Source: Polyangiaceae bacterium (GTDB lineage Bacteria > Myxococcota_A > Polyangia > Polyangiales > Polyangiaceae). Taken from it: a stretch of 64,000 bases of DNA. The position numbers were made by a program, and so were the translations under genes. A model generated the notes under the pieces. It was not told the origin of the DNA. It saw nothing but the letters and a program-made list of their open reading frames with translations, and made no database searches. How positions within the stretch are numbered: position 1 is the stretch's first letter; every line of letters starts with the position of its first letter. Location of the stretch: contig JBILLK010000003.1 in NCBI GenBank assembly GCA_044376115.1, positions 1-64,000 of the forward strand, in the 5' to 3' direction. This document shows, in pieces, positions 39,638-50,234 of the stretch.

Positions 39638-40666
39638 ATGAAGAACTCCGCACGCTGGCTGTTGCTCGGTCTCGCCCTCGCTGCCACCCATTGTGACAGC
39701 AAGAAGTCCAAGCCCAGTACGGATGACGAGTCCGAAGAGGACGACAAACCGAGCAAGCGCTCGAAGAAGGCTGCTAGCTCAGCAACAGCGAGCGCGTCCA
39801 ACGCCGTCGCGATCGCTCCGGGTTCGCCGCCGGAGACCAAGCCCACGCCGGTGCCGGTGGAAGCCGGTCCGCCGCCGAGCTTCAAGCTGGGTGCGACCAA
39901 CTTCAAGCTCAACGAGACCATCAGCGTGACCTTCGATCGGCCGTTGGTCGCACCGGAGGGCCAGCAATATTGGATCACGCTGGTGGACCCGAACGCCCCC
40001 GATACGACGTATGGCGCGTGGCATTACCTAAAGAGCGCCGTCACGGAAGACAAATTGGTTGCGGCCGAGCTGGGCGACTTCGAAGTGCGCTTCTACGATC
40101 TGCACCCGCAGACCAAGTACAAGGTGCTCACGCGCCAGCGCATCTCGATCGTCGAGTGCCGTCAGGTCTCCGATTGTCCGGGCAGCGGCCCGTTGTGTGA
40201 GGCTGGCCGCTGCGTGGGTGCGGGCAGTAGCCCCGTGCCGATCGAGCCGGTTGAAGACGGTGAGCTCGGGCCGGATGGTTGGCCGGTGATCATCCCGCCG
40301 GTGGGCTCGAAGGCGCCTTCCGTCGCCGAGTGGCAAGCGGTGCCCAAGGAGGTAACCGTGCGCGGCTCCGGCGCCCTCAAATGCGAGACGAAGATGCTGC
40401 GCGAGTGGCTGCGCATCAACTGCAAGGCCAACAACCTGGGTGTACCGGTGGCGATGGAGCACAACCCCGCGTTCGGACAACAGGCCTTCAAGTTCGTCGC
40501 CGAGGGCTCAGTCGCGAGCGCGGTCTTGCAGATGATTCCGAACAAGAACTACATCGCTGACTTCACCTGGGCGAGCCCGGATATGGGCACAACCACGTAT
40601 ACCGTCACCATCTCCTGGAACAACGGCCGGCCGGTCGGCGCGTTCAATCTGCCCGGTGGGATGTAG
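39638..40666 (+). CDS. Hypothetical lipoprotein
   Basis: Signal peptide ending ATHC; Lys/acidic tether; small Cys knot; P...EW....EV......C...M.REWLR..C domain. Confidence 0.8.
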   Translation: MKNSARWLLLGLALAATHCDSKKSKPSTDDESEEDDKPSKRSKKAASSATASASNAVAIAPGSPPETKPTPVPVEAGPPPSFKLGATNFKLNETISVTFDRPLVAPEGQQYWITLVDPNAPDTTYGAWHYLKSAVTEDKLVAAELGDFEVRFYDLHPQTKYKVLTRQRISIVECRQVSDCPGSGPLCEAGRCVGAGSSPVPIEPVEDGELGPDGWPVIIPPVGSKAPSVAEWQAVPKEVTVRGSGALKCETKMLREWLRINCKANNLGVPVAMEHNPAFGQQAFKFVAEGSVASAVLQMIPNKNYIADFTWASPDMGTTTYTVTISWNNGRPVGAFNLPGGM

Positions 40667-40688
40667 CTCTATCGCAACCTTGGGTCGC

Positions 40689-41288
40689 TCAGCGACGCGC
40701 TTCCCACGCAACCTGGAAGTGGCTCTCGCTGTGCGGCCCACGCATCGTTCGACCCAGGCACTCGACGGTGCTCAGACTTCCCGATAGCGCAATCACCTCC
40801 TCGAATACGGCCGACCAGGTTTCGGAGGTCATGGCCGTCTCGGTCACGTACGCCGAGTGAAGGACGAGCTCGCCGCCATGGTCGCTGGTGGCGGAAAACT
40901 TCGTGCGAAAGCCTTTGCTGACGGATTGGGTGCCAATATCGAGGTGAGTGAGGAAGGTCAGAGGAGTCGCGCCAAATACGTTCACGATGCCTTGGATGAT
41001 CGGCCGAAGAATCACGAACGTCGTCGTTTTCGTCGCCCACTTCGTCATCTGACGGACCTCAGCTGCACCAAACAAAGCACCAACCGCGTCGCATAGATCG
41101 GCGAAGTACGTGGCGTTGACCCAACCGCTCGCTGGTCCGTCCTCACAGAGCTCAATGGTCTCCGCTTGAAGCCGTGCACGTACGATGTCGAAGTGACCCT
41201 GGTTTCGAAGGTAGGTCACGTAGGACGCAAACATCCGCGCCCTGAGCTTCGCTTCAAGTCCGTCGTCGAAGCGACCCGCGTTCCCCAC
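40689..41288 (-). CDS. Hypothetical protein (myxobacterial DUF2378/V4R-like)
   Basis: Fits between neighbouring genes; P.SGWV and C-terminal F.V.W pattern. Family call tentative. Confidence 0.55.
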   Translation of the reverse strand: MGNAGRFDDGLEAKLRARMFASYVTYLRNQGHFDIVRARLQAETIELCEDGPASGWVNATYFADLCDAVGALFGAAEVRQMTKWATKTTTFVILRPIIQGIVNVFGATPLTFLTHLDIGTQSVSKGFRTKFSATSDHGGELVLHSAYVTETAMTSETWSAVFEEVIALSGSLSTVECLGRTMRGPHSESHFQVAWEARR

Positions 41289-41348
41289 TCATCGTTGATA
41301 CGCCCATGGCTCTCCGTCACAAGGGCCTTGCTCTCGTTGGAGCAAGAT

Positions 41349-43822
<2,474 letters not shown>

Positions 43823-43835
43823 TCAAGCCGCCGAA

Positions 43836-45227
43836 TCAGAAGAAGTACTCGGCGACGACGAGGCCACGGCGCCAAAGCTCAAGGATGTGAAAGGCGCGTA
43901 CTTCGCCCTTGAAGGCGAGCTCGAAGGTGCCGTTGGGCAGCCGCCGTTCGCTGCTCTCGAAGTTGAGCGGGAGCACCCAAAGGGCTAGCTCGTCATCGAT
44001 CTGAATGCCGGTGTCCGGCCGCTCCGCAACGCGTACGCGCAGCGTGACTGTCCGCATTTCATCGCGCGTTTTGCAATCCTGCTCGTAGTTGAGCTTGCCG
44101 TCGGGCCCAACGCCGCTGGGCTTGTCGGCGGGCTTGCAGTCATACGGCACAGCCTTCTTCTCGGCCCTGCCGACGAGCGTCAGCAACAGCTCGTTGGTCT
44201 GCGCATCCTCATTCAGGCTCTTCACCGAAAGCGGCGCACCAAAGGCCTCACGGCCAAGCGCAGCGAGCACTGGCTCCGGGGGAGGTGCGGCCTTCGCTGG
44301 CTTGGCGCGCTTGGTCGCAGGCTTCGTTTCGGGAAGGCCGCGCACGGTTTGGGGCGCATCGTAGCTCGGTAGAGCGACCTCGCTCTCAGGCAGCTTGAGC
44401 TCGAGATCGCGGGCTTCACGCACGCGCTTCTCCAGCTCTTCACGACGGCCCTCTACCGAGGGTGACTTGACGAGATGGAGCGGTGTTTCGGCTGGTTCTT
44501 GCCAGTTCGGCAGGCCTTGCAAGCAGCTCAGCTCGAGCTCCTCTGCGGGGCTGAAAAGCGGGCGCAACAGCGCTGCATCGTCGTCGCGTTGGTGTTGGAA
44601 GTCGTACAGCTGCTTGCGACCGAACTTGTCGAACGACTCGGCGATCAGCAGCTCCAGCCCATAACGAGGACCTGCAAAATCGGTGGACGTTCCCTTCAGC
44701 TCTGCGCGTAACCGCAACAGGCCGCCCAAAACGACGTACGGATTGGCGCTCTGTTCGAGCGTGGCCTTCTCCTTGCGAATGCGCGCTTCGACCTGTTCGA
44801 GCGTGGCCAGCCGTTCCTTGTGCCTAGCAGCGCACTGGTCGAAGTGAAGTTGCATCGAGCGTGCGTAGGTGAGCCCGCGAAAGACCACGAAGGCCTCTGC
44901 GTCGCTGCTCGCGACCTTGTCCCAGCCCGGTAGCCACTCAGCGCTGGGATTGCTGAGATACGCCTTCGGATTACGCAGCGAGCCCTCCGGCGCGAGCCCT
45001 GCGTTGCGCACGAAACGGTCGGTGCAAGCCGACAAGAACAGCGAGCAATCGGCCGAGGCGAGATCGCCCGCCGACCAAGCATCCCAGCTCGATCGCACCT
45101 GTAGCTGCAGATCGGCGGTGGTTGGCTCACGGGGGGCGAGGGGAACGGGTGCGGCCGTGCAACCAGCAGCTACGCAAAGCCCCACGAGGCTAGCGGCGAT
45201 GCGGTGCGATGACGGCCCGCCCACCAT
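43836..45227 (-). CDS. Hypothetical lipoprotein
   Basis: Lipobox AAGC; long ORF co-directional with neighbours. Confidence 0.72.
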   Translation of the reverse strand: MVGGPSSHRIAASLVGLCVAAGCTAAPVPLAPREPTTADLQLQVRSSWDAWSAGDLASADCSLFLSACTDRFVRNAGLAPEGSLRNPKAYLSNPSAEWLPGWDKVASSDAEAFVVFRGLTYARSMQLHFDQCAARHKERLATLEQVEARIRKEKATLEQSANPYVVLGGLLRLRAELKGTSTDFAGPRYGLELLIAESFDKFGRKQLYDFQHQRDDDAALLRPLFSPAEELELSCLQGLPNWQEPAETPLHLVKSPSVEGRREELEKRVREARDLELKLPESEVALPSYDAPQTVRGLPETKPATKRAKPAKAAPPPEPVLAALGREAFGAPLSVKSLNEDAQTNELLLTLVGRAEKKAVPYDCKPADKPSGVGPDGKLNYEQDCKTRDEMRTVTLRVRVAERPDTGIQIDDELALWVLPLNFESSERRLPNGTFELAFKGEVRAFHILELWRRGLVVAEYFF

Positions 45228-45231
45228 GGTG

Positions 45232-46116
45232 CTACTTCACCGCCATCCAGCTGGGAGTACCGCTGGGAGCGCCGGTGTCGATGTCCACGCCATAGCTCGG
45301 AAACACCTGCTGGCACTCGGGATCCATCGGGCCCGACATACAGCCGGGCGCTCCACCTTGGTCGGCCGCAAGATCGACGTTCTTCACCAGCTCGGCGTAG
45401 TCGAGCACCACGATGCCATCGGCGGGATACGCCAGATCGATCTCGGCGACGTTCAAGCGATCACATACGGCCTCGCTGCCAGAGCCGGAGCAATCGGTGC
45501 TCGCGAGGTGAAGCAAGAACGGCTCACCGCCGACGGGAGCTGCGTCCATGCGCACGAATTTGTAGCCCGTCTGCCAATCCCAGAACATGCCGGAGAGGTT
45601 GAGGGGTGAGGGAGCCGTCGCCGAATCACCGTGATTGAGCGCCTCGGGAACGCCGACCTTGAAGCGAATGCGGTCCGGCGTTGGTCCGCTCGGGAGCGTG
45701 CCTTTGATGACGTTGTTGGTCTCGCTGGTGCCGTTGTCGCATGAGCCAACGTTGTCCTCGAAGTCCAAGAGCACCAGGTCTTGGTACTGCCACAGGCCGT
45801 CTTGCTCGAGCTCGAGCGGGACCTCTTGTTCACCTCGCACCAGGCGAACGTCGTGCACGTAGAGCTTGAAGTCGAGGAACTCCACCGTCGCGCTCGAGCT
45901 ACCAAGGTTGGTAAAGGTGGACTCGCACGAGAACGGGTCGCCGTTGACGCGTGCCTCGAACGAGAGCTCGAGACTTTGAGCGGCGGCGCCACCGCCGCCC
46001 TCCGCTGCGCCACCGCCACCTTGGGGGTCCCCACCCGAGCCGGAACCGCCTGAACCGGAATCACCGCAAGCGACGGTCAACCCAGCGAAAGCAAAGCACA
46101 GCGCGATGAGCCTCAT
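45232..46116 (-). CDS. MbnP-family (four-Cys) copper-binding lipoprotein
   Basis: Lipobox TVAC; DFKLYVHDVRL, WQ...LLDFED..GSC..G, F.VGVP..LNH, PLN..GMFWDWQTGYKF.R.D, HL.ST.C, GCMS...DPEC. Confidence 0.88.
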   Translation of the reverse strand: MRLIALCFAFAGLTVACGDSGSGGSGSGGDPQGGGGAAEGGGGAAAQSLELSFEARVNGDPFSCESTFTNLGSSSATVEFLDFKLYVHDVRLVRGEQEVPLELEQDGLWQYQDLVLLDFEDNVGSCDNGTSETNNVIKGTLPSGPTPDRIRFKVGVPEALNHGDSATAPSPLNLSGMFWDWQTGYKFVRMDAAPVGGEPFLLHLASTDCSGSGSEAVCDRLNVAEIDLAYPADGIVVLDYAELVKNVDLAADQGGAPGCMSGPMDPECQQVFPSYGVDIDTGAPSGTPSWMAVK

Positions 46117-46165
46117 GCGAACAAGCTTTGCTCGATCAACGCCCGACTGCAAGAGCCGCAAAGGC

Positions 46166-46657
46166 TCAGCGCCGTCGACTGTAAGTCTCTGAAAGGTTCG
46201 ACATCATCTCGGCCAGGATGCCGTCTGCGACCCGCAAGCGACGCGACATCTCCCGGGCGATGTTGAGCACGACGATGGCGTAGGCCTTCAGGTCCTTGCG
46301 ATACAACGCCTCGAGATCGCTGGCCGACATCTTCAGCACGCGCGCAGGCGCGACCGAGCGGATGGTCGCCGAGCGCGGCATGATGTCGAGGATCGACATA
46401 TCGCCGAACCAGTCTCCAGGACCAAACACGGCCACGCGCGCCTCACGCAGGCCTTTGGAAGCCTTGATGACCTCCATCTCGCCGGACAAAAGGACGAACA
46501 ACTCGCGACCGTGGTCGCCCTCGCGAAAGACGATCTCGCCTGGTTGCAGCAAGAGCACCGGGAGCTTTTGCACGAAGTCGGTAAGGACACTTTCGTCGAG
46601 GCCGCCGAACAGGCCGATCTCAGCGAGCTCTTCAAGTGAAGGAATGTCTGCCTGCAT
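46166..46657 (-). CDS. Stand-alone cyclic nucleotide-binding domain protein
   Basis: IVFREGD.G..LF...SG, GDWFGDMS....PRSATI; no HTH. Confidence 0.88.
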   Translation of the reverse strand: MQADIPSLEELAEIGLFGGLDESVLTDFVQKLPVLLLQPGEIVFREGDHGRELFVLLSGEMEVIKASKGLREARVAVFGPGDWFGDMSILDIMPRSATIRSVAPARVLKMSASDLEALYRKDLKAYAIVVLNIAREMSRRLRVADGILAEMMSNLSETYSRRR

Positions 46658-46693
46658 GATGAACTCTCTTGCGATGAAAGGGAGGCGTTGCGG

Positions 46694-47455
46694 CTAGGTC
46701 GGTACGCAGGTGCCGTACGTCACCGTGCCAATGATGAGCGGGGTCCCGGGGGCGACCTCCGCGGCGGAACAAACTGTGTTGGCTGGGCAATCCGGAAGGG
46801 CGAAGTCGCACCACATACGGCATTCGTTGGCACCTTCACCAGCACAGAGGTGCTTGGGCGCGCATTCGGACGTCACGGAGCACGAATCTCCTTGTTGCTT
46901 GGCGCCAGAAGCCCGGCAAGCGGTGAAAGGAATGGCTCCCGTCACGTCGTATTGGCAGGAGGTGCCGCCGACCGAGCAGCCAACGTTGGTGATCAGGTTG
47001 CAGTTCTCCGAGCAAACCGGATCATCGGGAAAGCCGTTGATGGTGACCGCGCACTTACCGCCGGGGGCTTCACACTCGTCATCCCCAGCGCAAAACTGTG
47101 CGCAGATGGTGGGTCCGCCATCGAAGCCGATACAGACTGAGCCAGGCCCGCAGTAGTTTTGCGCATCGCATTCGAAGCCCGCTGCGACTGGACCGGCCAG
47201 CACGCACTGACGGCTGCCAGAGCCGCTGATGGAACACGCCTCGTCGGCCCCACAGCCACATTGCGGCGCGATCAGCTTGCAGGGGTCTTCGTCGCAGGTG
47301 GAGCTGCCACCCAAGCCGCCCGCTCCGCTGGAGCTCTCACCGCCGGCGCCTGTGTTTGCACCTGCGCTTTCACCTCCGGCGCTCGAGCCCGTGACGGGAT
47401 TCGAATCAGCGCAAGCCGCGAGTATGACTAGGCCAAGCACGAGAACGTTGCGCAC
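46694..47455 (-). CDS. Cys-rich lipoprotein
   Basis: GTG at 47455; lipobox LAAC; Gly/Ser linker; repeated Cys modules (C.L..Q/N.GC). Confidence 0.78.
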   Translation of the reverse strand: MRNVLVLGLVILAACADSNPVTGSSAGGESAGANTGAGGESSSGAGGLGGSSTCDEDPCKLIAPQCGCGADEACSISGSGSRQCVLAGPVAAGFECDAQNYCGPGSVCIGFDGGPTICAQFCAGDDECEAPGGKCAVTINGFPDDPVCSENCNLITNVGCSVGGTSCQYDVTGAIPFTACRASGAKQQGDSCSVTSECAPKHLCAGEGANECRMWCDFALPDCPANTVCSAAEVAPGTPLIIGTVTYGTCVPT

Positions 47456-47529
47456 GGGAACCTCCCGAAGAAAGATGCGCGTAGGGTAGCCCATTCGACG
47501 GTCTCCGTAACGGGCTGATACCGCTTCAC

Positions 47530-48120
47530 TCAGGGAGCGAAGTTCTGGTTGGCCCAAACGCCCTCGGCGGAGGTCGAGAAGCCGCAGGCAACCTTGGTGT
47601 AACCGAGATTGGACATATTGATGTAGTGGCCGTGCTCCTCGAACGGCTCGCCCGGGCCCTCGTCCCACATGGCTTGTAGACAGCCGTTTACGACGTCGCT
47701 CTCAGAGCCCCAGTTTGGACAGGAGTTTTGTGCGTTCTCGCCGCATGCGCCGAAGTTGCCGTGAGCCGAGTTGGTGGCTTGGTCATCGGCCGATTGTTGA
47801 TCGGTGCAGGCCTCACCATCGGTCCAGCGTTGGAGCGGGGGAAGGCATTGGCACTCCCAACGAAATTGATTGATGCGGTCCACGCAGTCTTGGTGGATGT
47901 CCCCTGTGCCGGCGAGCGGTGTGGGTGTGCAGCCAGCGATCGGCGCGGCGAGCGGGCCGTTGCTGCAAGCCGATGCGCCGCCACCAACGCCAGGTCCAGC
48001 GGGTCCCGGCCCTGCTGCACCGCCCTCGCCTCCGCTGCCGCCGTCGGACCCCGCGCTCGAGCTGTCACCACAGCCAAATACCAGCGTTAGCCCCAGCAGC
48101 AGCATCAGGTTGCGCTTCAT
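47530..48120 (-). CDS. CAP/SCP domain lipoprotein
   Basis: Lipobox VFGC; CVDRINQFR, H, AQN, MWDEGPG...GHYINM...YTKVACG. Confidence 0.82.
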   Translation of the reverse strand: MKRNLMLLLGLTLVFGCGDSSSAGSDGGSGGEGGAAGPGPAGPGVGGGASACSNGPLAAPIAGCTPTPLAGTGDIHQDCVDRINQFRWECQCLPPLQRWTDGEACTDQQSADDQATNSAHGNFGACGENAQNSCPNWGSESDVVNGCLQAMWDEGPGEPFEEHGHYINMSNLGYTKVACGFSTSAEGVWANQNFAP

Positions 48121-48255
48121 GCGCCGAGTCTAAACGAATGCGTTAGAGTGTCGCCATGTTCGCTCGCTGAATGTCCACCGAGCCCGGCGTGTCCGGGCGT
48201 AGAACGGTGCCGTAGCGACGGAACATTTCCGGGACGCGGTGCCGAAGGAGCACCC

Positions 48256-49380
48256 ATGTCCCTACTTGAATCGCTTCAGACTCGAATTGAGACCGTTGTT
48301 CAGGCTGCCGAGGCCAACGCCCTTTCCGTGGATGGCGGTAGCTTCCCCTCGGCAACCCTCGAGGCCGCTCGACAGCAAGGGTTGCTCGGCCTGGTTTCCT
48401 CGATCGAGGTGGGTGGGCTCGGCGGCGGCCTCCTCGAAGCCTCCGCGCTCGTTGAGCGCCTAGCGCGCGTGTGTGGCTCGTCGGCGATGGTGGTGTCGAT
48501 GCACTTTGCTGCGACCGCCGTGATCGAAGCACACGGGCCGCGCGAGCTGCGCAGCGCGATTGCTGCGGGCAAGCACCTCTCGACGCTCGCCTTCTCCGAG
48601 TTCGGTTCGCGCAGTCACTTCTGGGCGCCCGTTTCGACTGCGACCGCGCAAGCTGGGGAGATCGTTCTCAACGCCAAGAAGAGCTGGGTTACGTCGGCTC
48701 GTCACGCCGACAGCTACGTATGGTCGAGTAAGCCGAGCGAAGGCAGTGAGCTGTCTTCGTTGTGGTTGGTGCCGCGAGCAACCGCCGGTGTTTCGGTGGT
48801 CGGGGCGAACTTCGATGGCTTGGGTTTTCGCGGTAACGATTCGAGCCCAATCGTCGCCGAAGCGGCGAAGATTCCCGCCTCCGCGCGGCTCGGTGAAGAA
48901 GGCGCGGGCTTCGGCATCATGATGGGAGTCGTGCTGCCGAGCTTCAGCGTGCTCAACGCCTCTGCGTCGGCTGGGCTGATGGAGGGCGCGACCAGCAAGA
49001 CCGCCGCTCACGTCGGGAGCACCCGCTTCGAACACGCCGGCAGCTCGCTCGCCGACCTACCGACGATTCGCGCGTACGTCGCGCGCATGCGCATCAAAAC
49101 CGATCAGGTGAAGGCGCTGATCGACGACACGATTCGGGCGCTCAGCAGCGGTCGCGCCGACGCTCAACTGCGCGTGCTCGAATGCAAAGCCGCTGCAGGC
49201 GATGCCGCCATCGAGGTGACCGACCTTGCGATGCGCGTCTCGGGTGGCGCTGCCTTCCGCAAAGAAGTCGCCGTCGAACGCTACTTCCGTGACGCGCGCG
49301 CGGCTGCGGTGATGGGACCGACGAGCGACGTGCTCTACGACTTCATCGGTAAGGCCGTGTGCGGCATGCCTCTCTTCTAA
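48256..49380 (+). CDS. Acyl-CoA dehydrogenase-fold flavoprotein, atypical
   Basis: AAGGAG RBS, ATG at 48256; LAFSE.GS, LNAKKSWVTSA, GLGFRGN.S, GGAAF, ERYFRDARA. Confidence 0.9.
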   Translation: MSLLESLQTRIETVVQAAEANALSVDGGSFPSATLEAARQQGLLGLVSSIEVGGLGGGLLEASALVERLARVCGSSAMVVSMHFAATAVIEAHGPRELRSAIAAGKHLSTLAFSEFGSRSHFWAPVSTATAQAGEIVLNAKKSWVTSARHADSYVWSSKPSEGSELSSLWLVPRATAGVSVVGANFDGLGFRGNDSSPIVAEAAKIPASARLGEEGAGFGIMMGVVLPSFSVLNASASAGLMEGATSKTAAHVGSTRFEHAGSSLADLPTIRAYVARMRIKTDQVKALIDDTIRALSSGRADAQLRVLECKAAAGDAAIEVTDLAMRVSGGAAFRKEVAVERYFRDARAAAVMGPTSDVLYDFIGKAVCGMPLF

Positions 49381-49389
49381 GGAACGACG

Positions 49390-50226
49390 ATGAACAAGCG
49401 ACCGTTGTTACTTGGTGCAGTTGCCTACGACGCTAAAGTGGTCCCGATTTGGGACGGCTTTGGAGCTTTCTTCGAGGCCCACGGCCTGCCCTTCGACTAC
49501 GTGCTCTACACGAACTACGAACGTCAGGTTGACGCCCATCTGCGCGGCGAGATCGACGTCGCCTGGAACTCCCCGTTGGCCTGGCTGCAAGCCGAAGCCG
49601 GGGCGAGCCAGCTAGGCAAGAAGGCGCGCGCCGTGGCGATGCGCGACACCGATCTCGACCTCACCAGCGTGATCCTGGTGAAGAAGGACGCGCCGATCAA
49701 TTCGCTCGCAGACCTCGCCGGGAAGAAGCTCGGTGTAGGCGCTGCGGATTCGCCGCAGGCAACGCTCATCCCTTTGCTCGAGGTCGCCGAGGCAGGCGTC
49801 GAGCCCAATCGCGACGTTGAGGTCGTGCGACACGACGTGCTGCTCGGTAAGCATGGTGATCACATCGGCGGCGAGCGTGACGCCATTCGCGCGTTGCTCT
49901 CGGGCAACGTGGATGCGGCGGTGGTGCTCGACGGCAACCACTTGGCGTTCTCCCGCGAGAGGCTCTTCGCGCTGGGCGAATTGCGGGTGCTGCATCAGAC
50001 CGGCCTTTACGACCACTGCAACTTCACCGTTTTCGACGACGCACCGGAGAGCATCGCGCGCTTCGTCGAGTTACTGCTCGGCATGTCCTACGCCGATCCG
50101 AACGTGCGCGGGCTGCTCGATTTGGAGGGCCTCAAGAAATGGTGCGTCGGCCGAACCTCTGGCTATGAGCGGCTCGCGCGAGCAACCACGCGCTTTGGCA
50201 CGCTCGAAGATTGGGCCAGGAGTTAG
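49390..50226 (+). CDS. PhnD/SsuA-like substrate-binding-fold protein without signal peptide
   Basis: Y...V.A...G.ID.AW, SVILV.KD.PI.SL.DL.GK......DS, A..AL..G.VDA. Confidence 0.82.
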   Translation: MNKRPLLLGAVAYDAKVVPIWDGFGAFFEAHGLPFDYVLYTNYERQVDAHLRGEIDVAWNSPLAWLQAEAGASQLGKKARAVAMRDTDLDLTSVILVKKDAPINSLADLAGKKLGVGAADSPQATLIPLLEVAEAGVEPNRDVEVVRHDVLLGKHGDHIGGERDAIRALLSGNVDAAVVLDGNHLAFSRERLFALGELRVLHQTGLYDHCNFTVFDDAPESIARFVELLLGMSYADPNVRGLLDLEGLKKWCVGRTSGYERLARATTRFGTLEDWARS

Positions 50227-50234
50227 CCGCGCGA

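Noticed and set aside
39541..39978. N-terminal extension of ORF 38374..39978
   Set aside because: It overlaps the divergent lipoprotein at 39638; the DUF2934-like motif starts at ATG 39540.
48121..48255. Short hairpins upstream of the ACAD-like gene, including GGTGC/GCACC around the RBS, as a riboswitch
   Set aside because: Stems of 5-6 bp are expected by chance at this GC content, and I recognise no aptamer consensus.
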